Below are positions 28,264 to 38,325 of a stretch of DNA of 64,000 nt, one piece after another (within the stretch, counting starts at the first letter, position 1; each line of letters begins with the position of its first letter). A program made the position numbers and the translations under genes. The DNA is taken from positions 1-64,000 of the IMG/VR virus record IMGVR_UViG_3300012943_000031; one strand, written 5' to 3'. The notes beneath the pieces were generated by a model. That model saw only the letters and a list, made by a program, of their open reading frames with translations. It had not been told where the DNA came from and made no database searches. This DNA comes from a virus.

Positions 28264-28438
28264 TCTACCTGCCTCCATATGTCCTGAGGCATTCAGTGAT
28301 TTCACACTGAGAGGTGAGGGTAGAACACATATCGAATGGGATACAGACATGCTAATAGATGCCGGAGTTCCAGTTGATAGATTGAGAGAGTTATGCACTA
28401 TGCTTGAAAACAGAGCAGAGTTCATGAAATTAACGTAA
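28223..28438 (+). CDS. Hypothetical protein
   Basis: ORF track. Confidence 0.55.
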   Translation: MDSYRKSLIERISNLPASICPEAFSDFTLRGEGRTHIEWDTDMLIDAGVPVDRLRELCTMLENRAEFMKLT

Positions 28439-28526
28439 TACATTATTATAACATACCACATTATTTTCAAAAATAAATTTGGAAAGTTATTTATAATAGT
28501 GTATATTGATATTAAACAAAACCAAC

Positions 28527-28952
28527 ATGGTTATCAAATCATTTCCTGACAAAATCCTACTACCAACACGTAGAGATGTCCTTAGGGTACATCTGTATGC
28601 CAAGTTTTTGGAACATGGTATCAGACCATTTGAGGCTGATATAGACATGGTTGTGGAGTTATATTGTTATGGTGGGTATAATGAAAGTACCCAAAAAGGG
28701 TTTTTTGATATTTGTTTGGAGAAAAAGTATCGTAAATCTGAGCAGTCAGTACGTAACACCCTCTCTAAATACACCACATTGGGAGTTTTAGAAAAGCCCA
28801 GAAACAGGCAACTGAAGGTAAGTCAGAGATTTATCCAATCGGTAGATTGTGATTTACTAGTTCTGGAACATAAAATTACTCATGCAGACAGATTACAAAC
28901 AAATATATCAGGAACTGTCCCAACAAACAGGGAAGTCGGAGCAGATGTTTAA
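28527..28952 (+). CDS. Putative winged-helix DNA-binding protein
   Basis: KSEQSVRNTLSK...GVLEK helix-wing pattern; ATG at 28527 after AAAACCAAC. Confidence 0.55.
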   Translation: MVIKSFPDKILLPTRRDVLRVHLYAKFLEHGIRPFEADIDMVVELYCYGGYNESTQKGFFDICLEKKYRKSEQSVRNTLSKYTTLGVLEKPRNRQLKVSQRFIQSVDCDLLVLEHKITHADRLQTNISGTVPTNREVGADV

Positions 28953-29304
28953 AGACATAGGCTCTTTTGTGTTTCAGGAAACAGCCAGAATGATGAAGAA
29001 CCCAGAGTCCCTCATCATAAAATTAAAAGGAGTTGGATCATGGCACTTACGTAAGAAGAGAATGGAAATAGTTGTTAACGAATACTCAGATAGGGGTATT
29101 ATCAAAACAAGAGACGAGTTCGAATCAGACAGTGGATGGAATGAATACCTAGATAAACATAATCAATATAATATCTTTAAAGATAGGTTAGAAGAATATG
29201 ATAGGTATTTGGCAATTAAAAAAGAAGTAAACGAAAAAAGACGTGAGACTCAAGTACTATTGGAACCTGATAAAGGGGAAAACCAACGCTTTAAATCCAG
29301 CTAA
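28882..29304 (+). CDS. HU/IHF-like DNA-binding protein
   Basis: IYQELSQQTGKSE...IIKLKGVGSW resembles the HU/IHF helix plus IxGFGxF motif. Confidence 0.55.
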   Translation: MQTDYKQIYQELSQQTGKSEQMFKDIGSFVFQETARMMKNPESLIIKLKGVGSWHLRKKRMEIVVNEYSDRGIIKTRDEFESDSGWNEYLDKHNQYNIFKDRLEEYDRYLAIKKEVNEKRRETQVLLEPDKGENQRFKSS

Positions 29305-29596
29305 ATTGGATTTGAAACATATCTGGGCAGTAATACAAAGCTGGTTCAGGTCATTATTTCCCCAACCTAAACATATTAAAGAACAGATTATATGGAGACG
29401 TACTGAAGTAATTAAGAAATCTCCTACATGTTGGATAGCTGGCAATTGTGTCCAATGTGGCTGTTTTATGGTTGAGAAAACCACAGCAGATATGGGTTGT
29501 GAAAATGAACCATACTGTTACCCTGAGATGATGGATAAGAAGACTTGGAAGAAGTTTAAGAAAGACAATTCTATCCGTCTCTTTGAATTGCTATAA
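29243..29596 (+). CDS. Hypothetical Cys-rich protein (crAss-like conserved type)
   Basis: EQIIWRR...CWIAGNCVQCGC...CYPEMM. Confidence 0.65.
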   Translation: MRLKYYWNLIKGKTNALNPAKLDLKHIWAVIQSWFRSLFPQPKHIKEQIIWRRTEVIKKSPTCWIAGNCVQCGCFMVEKTTADMGCENEPYCYPEMMDKKTWKKFKKDNSIRLFELL

Positions 29597-29606
29597 AACC
29601 ACCTAT

Positions 29607-30101
29607 ATGAAAAAGAAACCAATAAAGGAAATTATTGTCAACTTGGAAGATATGGGACTTCCTGATTCTATTGCTGAAGTTGATTTGTTTAGTCCACGTG
29701 AACAACAGCATAGGATAATACAAGAAGTTCCTAAAAAACCTGATCTTACTGTATCAGAGTATGAGGAATTATGTGCCTTATTGAAGAAATCATTTGAAGA
29801 ATTGAGTAGAGCAAAGGATAAATTATCTGATCTACAAAAATTATTTCATGTAAATAAGGAAGGTGAGGATTTTGATGTATCCTACAAGGTTGTATTTGGG
29901 AAAGAAATTCCATCTGAACAAGATGAACACACCATGATAATAATGGATAACTTCATAGCAACATATTCCCTTGACTTATCTAAGATAACAAGAGATTTTA
30001 AGTTGATTTTAAATGCAACAGAAGCTAAGTTATTAAGAGGTGCACCAAGTTATTGTGAAGTTGATTTATTTGACAAAGAAAAAGAGCCAGTAGAATGTTA
30101 A
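29607..30101 (+). CDS. Hypothetical protein
   Basis: ORF track; ATG at 29607. Confidence 0.55.
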   Translation: MKKKPIKEIIVNLEDMGLPDSIAEVDLFSPREQQHRIIQEVPKKPDLTVSEYEELCALLKKSFEELSRAKDKLSDLQKLFHVNKEGEDFDVSYKVVFGKEIPSEQDEHTMIIMDNFIATYSLDLSKITRDFKLILNATEAKLLRGAPSYCEVDLFDKEKEPVEC

Positions 30102-30394
30102 AAGTTAATGAAGAAGTAAAGGACTTAGGTACTATACAATATGGTACAGTCCATTCATTTGAGATTGAAGTGGAGAATACAACAGCAAAAGATGTGCCAA
30201 TTAATAAGGTACAGGTGTCATGTTCTTCATGTACTAAAGCAACAATCACAAAGTTAATAAAAGGTAGTAGCAAAGAAAAGTTAAAAGTTACATTTACTCC
30301 GGGTGTCGTAGGACAAACCAATAAGTGGGTGGACTTAATATATGATGGAGATCAGACACTTCGTATCAAATTTAAAGCGTTAGTAAATGGATAA
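30095..30394 (+). CDS. DUF1573-like Ig-fold protein
   Basis: DLGTIQYG...FEIEVEN...VQVSCSSCT...LKVTF pattern typical of Bacteroidota DUF1573. Confidence 0.7.
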   Translation: MLKVNEEVKDLGTIQYGTVHSFEIEVENTTAKDVPINKVQVSCSSCTKATITKLIKGSSKEKLKVTFTPGVVGQTNKWVDLIYDGDQTLRIKFKALVNG

Positions 30395-31169
30395 GGTTAA
30401 ATTCATAGAGAAAACACACCAATACCTTACAGAGGATGATAGAGAATTAATATCAGTATCAGCATTTACTGAGAGATTTAAGGAGAAAGTAGACTGGGAA
30501 GCTATAGCCAAACGTTCAGCAGCCAAAGCTAGGAAAGAAGGTAAGAAAGTAACAGCCAGAGACTTACTTGTAAAATGGGAAAAGAAGAGAGTTGAATCAG
30601 CTAATGTAGGAACAATATACCATTCTATTAGGGAAAAAGAACTAATAGATAGTGGGTGTCCAACAAAACAATGTGATTTTGTGGGTGACTTAAAATGGTC
30701 TATACCTATATCTACTCTGGAAGATAATACTACATATCCTGAATTGATGATATATGACATGGATTATATGATCTGTGGACAATCAGATAAAATCATAGTT
30801 AAGGATAAAACTATAAATGTGTGGGACTATAAGACTGACCAAGAGATTAAATTTAAAGGATGGTCTTCAGAATGGAAGTCTGCAACTAAATTAAAGAAAC
30901 CACTCCAGCATTTAGATGAGTGTAATGGGAACATCTACTCAATTAAGATGTCCTTATATATGTATCTACTCTGGAAAGCTAATAAGGGAAAACTAAAGGT
31001 AGGTGACATCATAATTGAACATGTACATCTGGAAAGAGACCCTGAAAACGACAATATACCAATACTAAAAGATGGTAAACCTGTCGTCAAAAAGATTGAG
31101 CAGATAAAACTACCATACCGTAAAAAGGAAGTAGAAGCAATGCTTGCCACTATTAAATTAAAGACATGA
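30387..31169 (+). CDS. PD-(D/E)XK nuclease
   Basis: GTIYH...PE...ICGQSD...VWDYKT...YSIKMSLY; usual position upstream of crAss terminase. Confidence 0.85.
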   Translation: MDKVKFIEKTHQYLTEDDRELISVSAFTERFKEKVDWEAIAKRSAAKARKEGKKVTARDLLVKWEKKRVESANVGTIYHSIREKELIDSGCPTKQCDFVGDLKWSIPISTLEDNTTYPELMIYDMDYMICGQSDKIIVKDKTINVWDYKTDQEIKFKGWSSEWKSATKLKKPLQHLDECNGNIYSIKMSLYMYLLWKANKGKLKVGDIIIEHVHLERDPENDNIPILKDGKPVVKKIEQIKLPYRKKEVEAMLATIKLKT

Positions 31170-31399
31170 GTTTACCTGCTGTTAGATTTATTGGAGAGAT
31201 TATTCCTGAGAAAGGACTAGAGAAAGTTGTTACATATAAGTATCATCCTAGTACTGAAATGAAGGAACAGATTCTCACTGATGTCAAAAAGCATTTGAAG
31301 TGTGATGATTTAGATGATTACACAACTGAATTAAATATAGAAGTTCACTTAAAACAATATAAGAAACCAACAAATGACACCAAGAATTCTGGAATATGA
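31166..31399 (+). CDS. Hypothetical protein
   Basis: ORF track. Confidence 0.5.
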   Translation: MSLPAVRFIGEIIPEKGLEKVVTYKYHPSTEMKEQILTDVKKHLKCDDLDDYTTELNIEVHLKQYKKPTNDTKNSGI

Positions 31400-31886
31400 G
31401 GATGGAAGAGTTAAGGTAACAGCATATGCTTATGCTATACCTGAAGTTAAGGCATTGATTGATAAGTATGATATGGGTGCTGAACCCTACCTTGCTTTTG
31501 TACATGCCATGACTGCTCCCGATTCTCCATATGTAAATGTACCTGATGATGAGAAAGTAGAAGTAATTGTGTTTGATGTACAGGAAACAATGGGTGATTT
31601 TGATTATCAAGATGAGTTGGTTGAAAATGCAATAGCAAAGTTTAATAGTTTATACACCTCTACTACTAAACGTTACTATGATGGGTTAAAGAAATCCATT
31701 GAAAAGATGGCTAAATACTTGGCTGACGCTGAGATTGAGGCTGGTAAAGAAGGGAATCTATCAGAATTGATTCGTCTTCACAAAGAAGGGGGTAGTACCA
31801 TTCGTAACTTCAAAGACATTGAAAAACAAGTAGATGAGGAATTGAAGGTAAAAATGAAGGGTAACAATGAATTAGGAGAATATTAA
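31374..31886 (+). CDS. Conserved pre-terminase protein (possible small terminase)
   Basis: Lies immediately upstream of TerL; function inferred from position only. Confidence 0.55.
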   Translation: MTPRILEYEDGRVKVTAYAYAIPEVKALIDKYDMGAEPYLAFVHAMTAPDSPYVNVPDDEKVEVIVFDVQETMGDFDYQDELVENAIAKFNSLYTSTTKRYYDGLKKSIEKMAKYLADAEIEAGKEGNLSELIRLHKEGGSTIRNFKDIEKQVDEELKVKMKGNNELGEY

Positions 31887-31888
31887 TA

Positions 31889-34177
31889 ATGTTTTGGACG
31901 TATCCACTGAGAGTACAAACCTATTACTCTGCAACCAACCAATGGACATTTACTGAATTTGCAAACAAGCAAGAGCATCTGGAATTTTGTAAACAACAAT
32001 TCCGTATGCCCAAAACTTTTGACGATGATTTGGGGTATAACATTCAGGATTCATCTCTCTTCCAGACAGAGGGACTGAGGTATGCTGCAACTGTGACGAA
32101 ACCCAATTTTGAGGGAGGTTATTATACTCGTGCCATCAAAGGAACCCATAAGTGGAAAACGTACTGGGCCAATGAGAAAGATAAAGTTCTCAAAGGTGTT
32201 ATTATTGACGGGATATTCCTCCCTCCCTTTTACTACTGGTATCTGAACTTTTGTCCCATCTATGATGACGTAGCAAAGAAGAGAAGGTTACCGGATGTGT
32301 GGGATGGTGACTTGTGGTATATGCATTATTGCATGGTATGCATTCTACATGGAAGACATATAGGTGGTATCAAAGGTCGTCAGAAAGGTTACTCATTTAA
32401 GCACATGGCTATATTATACTGGTCATACTGCTGGTTTGAGGGTTCAGTTAATACTGTAGGTGGATACATGGAAGATTTGGTTAAGAAGTCATGGAGATTC
32501 CTTGAGGGTTATCGTAACCATATCAACAGATATACAGCTTGGAAAAGAGGGCCAACTATAGCCAAAACACTAGAATGGTATGAGAGAACATTAGGTGTTG
32601 ATAATATTACCTACGGTTTGGATAGTAAGTTAGTGGGTGTAACCTTTAAACAGTCATCATCAAATGACGTAGGGGGATCACAGACATTCTTTAACTATGA
32701 AGAGCCGGGTGTATCACCAACAATTTTGGAAACACTGGAGTTCGTGCGTCCTGCCTTGGAGAAAGGTTCCGAGACTACTGGTATCATTATAGCTAATGGA
32801 TCAGTGGGTGATTTGGATGATGCCCAAGGTATAAAATCCATATTCTACAGTCCATCTGATTATAACTTCCATCCTGTTAAGAATATATGGGATAAGAAGT
32901 CAGGAATCGAAGAGTGCTGTATATTCATATCTGAAGCCTATAATATGATAGGTACAGATGATTTAACTGGTCAACCATTCATGGATAAGAATGGTAACAG
33001 TAATGTAAAATTAGCTTTGGCGTGGATTGCACGTCAAGAGGAAAAGATTAAGAAGAGTACACAGAGAGCCGAACTTAAACAACTTCGTCTATCACAAAAG
33101 TGTACTTCTCCAGAACAAGCCTTTGCACAACGTGCATTAGGTGAGTTCCCAATAGAGTTATTACGTAAACAACAGGAACGTATTCTACTTAAGGAGAAGG
33201 AGAATTCATGGGACTTCAAACCTATCAAAGGTCTTCTTTATGAAGATGATAAAGGTAAAGTTTACATGGAGTCAGCAAATTCTCCACAGGAACACGAGTA
33301 TCCTATTAAACCTGACTGGGAAGATAAGAGAGGTGTATGTACAATGTACGAACCACCTGATGAAAACCCTGAGATGTTTACCTACTTTGCCTGTGTCGAT
33401 GCCATTGAGGTTGACCAAACAGATACCTCAAAATCAGTAGCATCACTTGATATATTCAAGACAGCAGTAGAAGTTACTTACGAAGACCCTAAAGATAAGA
33501 AGATTAAGACAAGGATAGAGGGGGATAAGTTAGTATTCACATACAGAGGAAGGTTCGAAACTGCTGAACAGACTAATCATCAATTATGGTTAGCAATTAA
33601 AATGTATAATGCATTTACATATGCAGAACGTAATAAACCTAACTTCATCAACTATATGAGAAGAATAGGTAAAGCTGAAAGATACTTAGCTAAAGAACAG
33701 GATGTACCTGTCTTTAAGGACTTAAATATAAAGAACGGAAATGCAACAAATAACTCCAAATTTGGATTCCATAAAGGAGACAACACAGAGATTTGGAAGT
33801 ATTTCAAAGCCACAGCAAAGGAATATTTTTTTGCAGAGTATGGAAGAAACACCTTCATGAAAGGTGATGTAGAACAAACTTTGAAGATATTCACAGGTAT
33901 TGATAGAATCGATGACTACTGGTTACTCGAAGAATTCTGTCAGTATGTTGAGGTGAATGGTAAACAGAAAGGCAACTATGACCGTCTTGTGTCATTTATG
34001 GGTGCACTGTTTATCTGTAAAGTATACCAACAAAATCGTTTCATTAAGAGACGTAATGATGTACCAAAAAAACAGGAGGATCAAACTTATAGACCTCCTA
34101 GATCAATAAACATGCTTGGTGGAGGCATGAACACTTATTCTAATGGAAGAAGTGGTAAAAGACGTTCCATGTTATAA
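31889..34177 (+). CDS. terL: Terminase large subunit
   Basis: Walker A-like KGRQKGYS, Walker B FNYEEPG, nuclease motifs ACVDAI and NYDRLVS. Confidence 0.92.
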   Translation: MFWTYPLRVQTYYSATNQWTFTEFANKQEHLEFCKQQFRMPKTFDDDLGYNIQDSSLFQTEGLRYAATVTKPNFEGGYYTRAIKGTHKWKTYWANEKDKVLKGVIIDGIFLPPFYYWYLNFCPIYDDVAKKRRLPDVWDGDLWYMHYCMVCILHGRHIGGIKGRQKGYSFKHMAILYWSYCWFEGSVNTVGGYMEDLVKKSWRFLEGYRNHINRYTAWKRGPTIAKTLEWYERTLGVDNITYGLDSKLVGVTFKQSSSNDVGGSQTFFNYEEPGVSPTILETLEFVRPALEKGSETTGIIIANGSVGDLDDAQGIKSIFYSPSDYNFHPVKNIWDKKSGIEECCIFISEAYNMIGTDDLTGQPFMDKNGNSNVKLALAWIARQEEKIKKSTQRAELKQLRLSQKCTSPEQAFAQRALGEFPIELLRKQQERILLKEKENSWDFKPIKGLLYEDDKGKVYMESANSPQEHEYPIKPDWEDKRGVCTMYEPPDENPEMFTYFACVDAIEVDQTDTSKSVASLDIFKTAVEVTYEDPKDKKIKTRIEGDKLVFTYRGRFETAEQTNHQLWLAIKMYNAFTYAERNKPNFINYMRRIGKAERYLAKEQDVPVFKDLNIKNGNATNNSKFGFHKGDNTEIWKYFKATAKEYFFAEYGRNTFMKGDVEQTLKIFTGIDRIDDYWLLEEFCQYVEVNGKQKGNYDRLVSFMGALFICKVYQQNRFIKRRNDVPKKQEDQTYRPPRSINMLGGGMNTYSNGRSGKRRSML

Positions 34178-34189
34178 ACAAAACGATAG

Positions 34190-36979
34190 ATGGCAAACAA
34201 AGCAATATGGAGTTCCGATCTCCTAAAAGGATTCAAACTAGACAAAAATAAACTACTTGGTGGTGCAATAAATGACATCTTACCATTCCAAATGCTTACT
34301 CTTGAAGAGAAGGATGAGGACTGGATTAAAGGTGTTGCTGACTACTATGAAGTAGCTGGTTGGGCTAATGTTGAAAGAAAGGCTGGTAAAATTCAAAAGA
34401 ATTATTGGATGAGATATGGTAAGATTAACCCATCTGACTATATTATTAATCCTACTTCTAATGATTATTATCAGGCTATTGGATTCATATTACCCCCAGA
34501 GTCCCAATCTCCACTTGAACAATTCTATCCATTAGCTCCTAACTTCGTAGATGTACTACGTGGTGAGTTCATCAAAAGAGATAATACATGGACAATTGAG
34601 GCAATTGATGAAATGTCAACTGCTGAAATGTTTGCTGAGAAAAGACAACAGTTTGAAGATATAATCATGCAACAAGCTATGCTGGAGAAACAAAATGCTC
34701 TGGCACAGATGGGTATTGAACCAGAAATGGCTCCTGAAGAGTTTCAAGCAGAAATGCAGAAACTACAACAGCAGATGACTGAGGTTGAGTTTGCATCACG
34801 TAATTTCCGTACTACAGGTATTAAATGGGCTGAAAAAGTACTTAAGATACATGAGAAGCGTTATAATATGCATGAGTTAGAACCTGATGCATTTGAAAGT
34901 GGGTTGATCTGTGACAGAGAATTCTGGCACTTAGACTTACTGGATGACGACTTTAAGGTAGAATTACTGAATCCTAAATGGTGTGATTACCATAAAGGCC
35001 CAAATGTTAAGTATGTTAGTGATGGTGACTACTTCCTATGGTTTGATTTTATGTCTGCCGGGGATATAGTTAACAAGTTTGGTAGAAAGATGACTGAGGA
35101 AGACATCCTTAAAATGAAGGACATCTACGTAAAAACGTCTAATATCATTGTACCTGACTATCTGAAATCTCACCAAGGATCATATTATGATTTGTCCAAA
35201 TCATGGTTACAGGCAACTGACATGGATCCAAAGATGAATGATGCTTTACTAGGTAAAGAGTTAGCCTATAACTTCATGCGTTCTCCCAACTTCGACCATA
35301 ATATGGAGGTTGATATTCTCAATCCTGTGTGGGGTCGTCGTGTCACAGGTCATCCACAGATGTTCCGTGTTATGAGATTATACTGGAGATCACTGAAACG
35401 TATTGGTTGGTTAACAAAAATCAACAGAGATGGTACTACATCTACACCTGATTGGGTAGACGAGAACTATAAAGTTACAGTTGAGCCTGTATATGACAAA
35501 TCAGTTAATAGAAAAGAAACAAAAGACAATCTGGTATATGGTGAACATATTGACTGGACATGGGTTCCTGAGTGGAGACATGTGCTGAAAATATCACCTA
35601 ACCAAAAACATACGTTCTGGTTGAATAGTAATAATAGCATGGAGTCCATTTATATAGATGGAGCCCCAGTGAAGTTCCAATTCAAAGGTAGAAACAATCC
35701 ATTTGATAGTTTACCACCAGTAGAAGGTTGTGAGTACAGCTATATTAATACTGATACCCACTCCTTTATAGATCGTATTAAGCCACTACAGATCATCTAC
35801 AATATCTGTATGAACAAAGTTCCTAAGAAGTTCCTTAAGGACTATGGTAATAAAGTGGCTGTAGATAAAAGACTTATCCCACAAAATAATTTATCATCAA
35901 GTGCACCAACAATTGATCCGGTGGAAGATTACGAGATGCAGTTACAGGAGAGTGATATTCTTCCGTATACCATATCACGTGATATACTAGATGGAGTAGG
36001 ACAACCTGCTCTACCAACAGTAATCCCACTGTCTACAGTGCAGGAGGCACAGATGTATTTTGCATTGGGTCAACAAATCAAATGGGAAGCAGGAGAGTTG
36101 ATTGGTATTACTCGTAACAGAATGGGCCAGAATAAGGCTTCAGAAACTGCTACAGGTATCAATCAGGCTATTGTTTACTCAGAAGCACAGACAGAAAAGT
36201 ACTTTGAACAACACAGTAATTTAATGCAGAGAGTACGTCAACGTATGTTAGATGCTGCTCAATACTACTCTACATTCCAAGAATATTCACGTTCAGTGTA
36301 TATGAATGAGATGGATGAGAATGTGTTCCTAGATATTGAGGGTATGGAGAATTTATTCCCTCACTACAATATCTACCTACAATCTCGTGCAAATGTTAGA
36401 GCTGCCCTACAAACTATCAGCCAATTCCTACAGCAGGATAATACATTAGATATTAGACCTTCAGCTAAGATTGGTGCACTGGTAGAACAGTCTCTACCTA
36501 AATTAATGTCTCTTATCAGAGAAGGAGAAGCTAAAGCTGACCAGAAAGAAAGAGAACAAATGGCTGCACAACAACAAATGCAGGAATCTGCACAACAGGC
36601 TACACAACAACTTGAGGAAACTAAGTTGGCATTTGAAGCTGACCAAAATGAGAAAGACAGACAAACTGACTTGGATGTTGCCAAAATCAGAGCATTGGGT
36701 GGATTACAGTCTGATAACAACAAGGATGGTCAATTAGATGCTGCCCAGAATCTGGATGCCCTAATCAAGACACGTCAGTTAGCTCAGGATGGATTACTTG
36801 CACAACAACAGACTGATAATCAGAAACAAGCAAATGAACAATCCCTAATTGCTGCACAAGCAAAAGCACAGGCTGATTTGGACAAAGAAATCATAAAAGG
36901 TGAATATGCCTTGAAGGTAGCAAAGGAAAATAAAACTGCTGCTGAATTAAAAAAGAAACAATCTAAACCAAAGAAATAA
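34190..36979 (+). CDS. Portal protein (crAss-like)
   Basis: 929 aa directly after TerL; LRGEFIKR, GITRNRMGQ...ETATG and a C-terminal Q-rich coiled coil. Confidence 0.88.
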   Translation: MANKAIWSSDLLKGFKLDKNKLLGGAINDILPFQMLTLEEKDEDWIKGVADYYEVAGWANVERKAGKIQKNYWMRYGKINPSDYIINPTSNDYYQAIGFILPPESQSPLEQFYPLAPNFVDVLRGEFIKRDNTWTIEAIDEMSTAEMFAEKRQQFEDIIMQQAMLEKQNALAQMGIEPEMAPEEFQAEMQKLQQQMTEVEFASRNFRTTGIKWAEKVLKIHEKRYNMHELEPDAFESGLICDREFWHLDLLDDDFKVELLNPKWCDYHKGPNVKYVSDGDYFLWFDFMSAGDIVNKFGRKMTEEDILKMKDIYVKTSNIIVPDYLKSHQGSYYDLSKSWLQATDMDPKMNDALLGKELAYNFMRSPNFDHNMEVDILNPVWGRRVTGHPQMFRVMRLYWRSLKRIGWLTKINRDGTTSTPDWVDENYKVTVEPVYDKSVNRKETKDNLVYGEHIDWTWVPEWRHVLKISPNQKHTFWLNSNNSMESIYIDGAPVKFQFKGRNNPFDSLPPVEGCEYSYINTDTHSFIDRIKPLQIIYNICMNKVPKKFLKDYGNKVAVDKRLIPQNNLSSSAPTIDPVEDYEMQLQESDILPYTISRDILDGVGQPALPTVIPLSTVQEAQMYFALGQQIKWEAGELIGITRNRMGQNKASETATGINQAIVYSEAQTEKYFEQHSNLMQRVRQRMLDAAQYYSTFQEYSRSVYMNEMDENVFLDIEGMENLFPHYNIYLQSRANVRAALQTISQFLQQDNTLDIRPSAKIGALVEQSLPKLMSLIREGEAKADQKEREQMAAQQQMQESAQQATQQLEETKLAFEADQNEKDRQTDLDVAKIRALGGLQSDNNKDGQLDAAQNLDALIKTRQLAQDGLLAQQQTDNQKQANEQSLIAAQAKAQADLDKEIIKGEYALKVAKENKTAAELKKKQSKPKK

Positions 36980-37085
36980 CTTTTAGTATATAATGTTGAA
37001 ATCTAATTAGTTATATTAACAAAAATTTGGTAGATTAATTTATAATGTTTATTATCATATTAATAGAAAGCTAAAAACCAACAAC

Positions 37086-38297
37086 ATGCCAGAAAATGTA
37101 AGAAATTTAACTGAGGCTGATATAGCTGACATCTTTGGGACAGCATCTCAAAGTAACGCTTATTCAACCCCATCATTTAGTGGAACAGGAGCAGAACAGT
37201 CAGCAGATTTGTTCAACACTATACCTGCAACTCCTCCTAAAGAGGAAGATAAGGTAGACCCTCCTATAGAAGGTGACGACAAAACTAAAAAGGTAGAAGA
37301 AGCACCAAAAGAAGAAGCAGACTTATTTAATCCTGACACTACAAAGGTTGAGGATAAAGTGATGGAAATCACGGGTTTAGCTGACTATTACAAAGATCGT
37401 CTGACAAAGGGACAATTCGTTGAGATTAAATCAGAAGACGAAGCCGGAAATCAGGTAGCATTCATACCACAGACACCAGAAGAATTTGACGAAGTTATCC
37501 AAATCCAAGTGGATTATCAGGTAGACAAAGCAAAGAAAGAACTGGAAAACTCATGGTATCAAAGCAAATCTCCAGCTTGGAAAGCAATTTCCCAGTATGC
37601 TGAGATGGTTGATGATCCAACCCAACTAATACCTTTCCTACAGGGTGTAAAGAGCATTCAATCTGTATCTACCCTAAATGAAGAAGACCCAGAACAAGCA
37701 GAGGTTATCATACGTTCACGTATGGAACAAAGGGGTGATCCAGAGGGATTAATAAAATCTCAGATAGATGCCCTGAAATCCACAGATAATCTGATTAAAA
37801 CTGCCCAACAAATAAAGCCCTTAATGATTGAGGAAGAAAGGAGAAACCTTGCTACCCAAATCCAAAGAGCAAAAGAAGAGGAACAACAGTACCTACGTGT
37901 CGTAAATGACATTAGAGAAAATGCTCACAAAGCTATTGAACAACCATTATTTGGTAAGACAAAGCTTAAACAGGAAGAAAAAGCAGCAATCTATGATCTG
38001 ATTGCCGTACCACAGGAACAAACTGGTGGATATGGAATATACTCAGTAATAGATAGTTTGTTTGACAACAAAGACTTTGAAACCCTGAAAATGATTGCCC
38101 TACTTGCTGCTAAGAAAGATGCTTTCCTACAGTATATGGGAACAGACATAGCTAATCAAACAGCTACAAAACTACAGAAGAAATTGACGGTTGCTGGTGA
38201 AATGAGGGGTGGTAAAGACTCCTTCTCAGAAGAAGATAGACCTGTAGTACAAAGAAACCAGTTTAAGAAAACACCAAGATTTGGTGCTGGTGGATAA
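37086..38297 (+). CDS. Putative scaffolding/structural protein
   Basis: Acidic N-terminus, helical; lies between portal and capsid genes. Confidence 0.65.
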   Translation: MPENVRNLTEADIADIFGTASQSNAYSTPSFSGTGAEQSADLFNTIPATPPKEEDKVDPPIEGDDKTKKVEEAPKEEADLFNPDTTKVEDKVMEITGLADYYKDRLTKGQFVEIKSEDEAGNQVAFIPQTPEEFDEVIQIQVDYQVDKAKKELENSWYQSKSPAWKAISQYAEMVDDPTQLIPFLQGVKSIQSVSTLNEEDPEQAEVIIRSRMEQRGDPEGLIKSQIDALKSTDNLIKTAQQIKPLMIEEERRNLATQIQRAKEEEQQYLRVVNDIRENAHKAIEQPLFGKTKLKQEEKAAIYDLIAVPQEQTGGYGIYSVIDSLFDNKDFETLKMIALLAAKKDAFLQYMGTDIANQTATKLQKKLTVAGEMRGGKDSFSEEDRPVVQRNQFKKTPRFGAGG

Positions 38298-38325
38298 AAT
38301 TAAAATTTAAAAACAATCTATAATT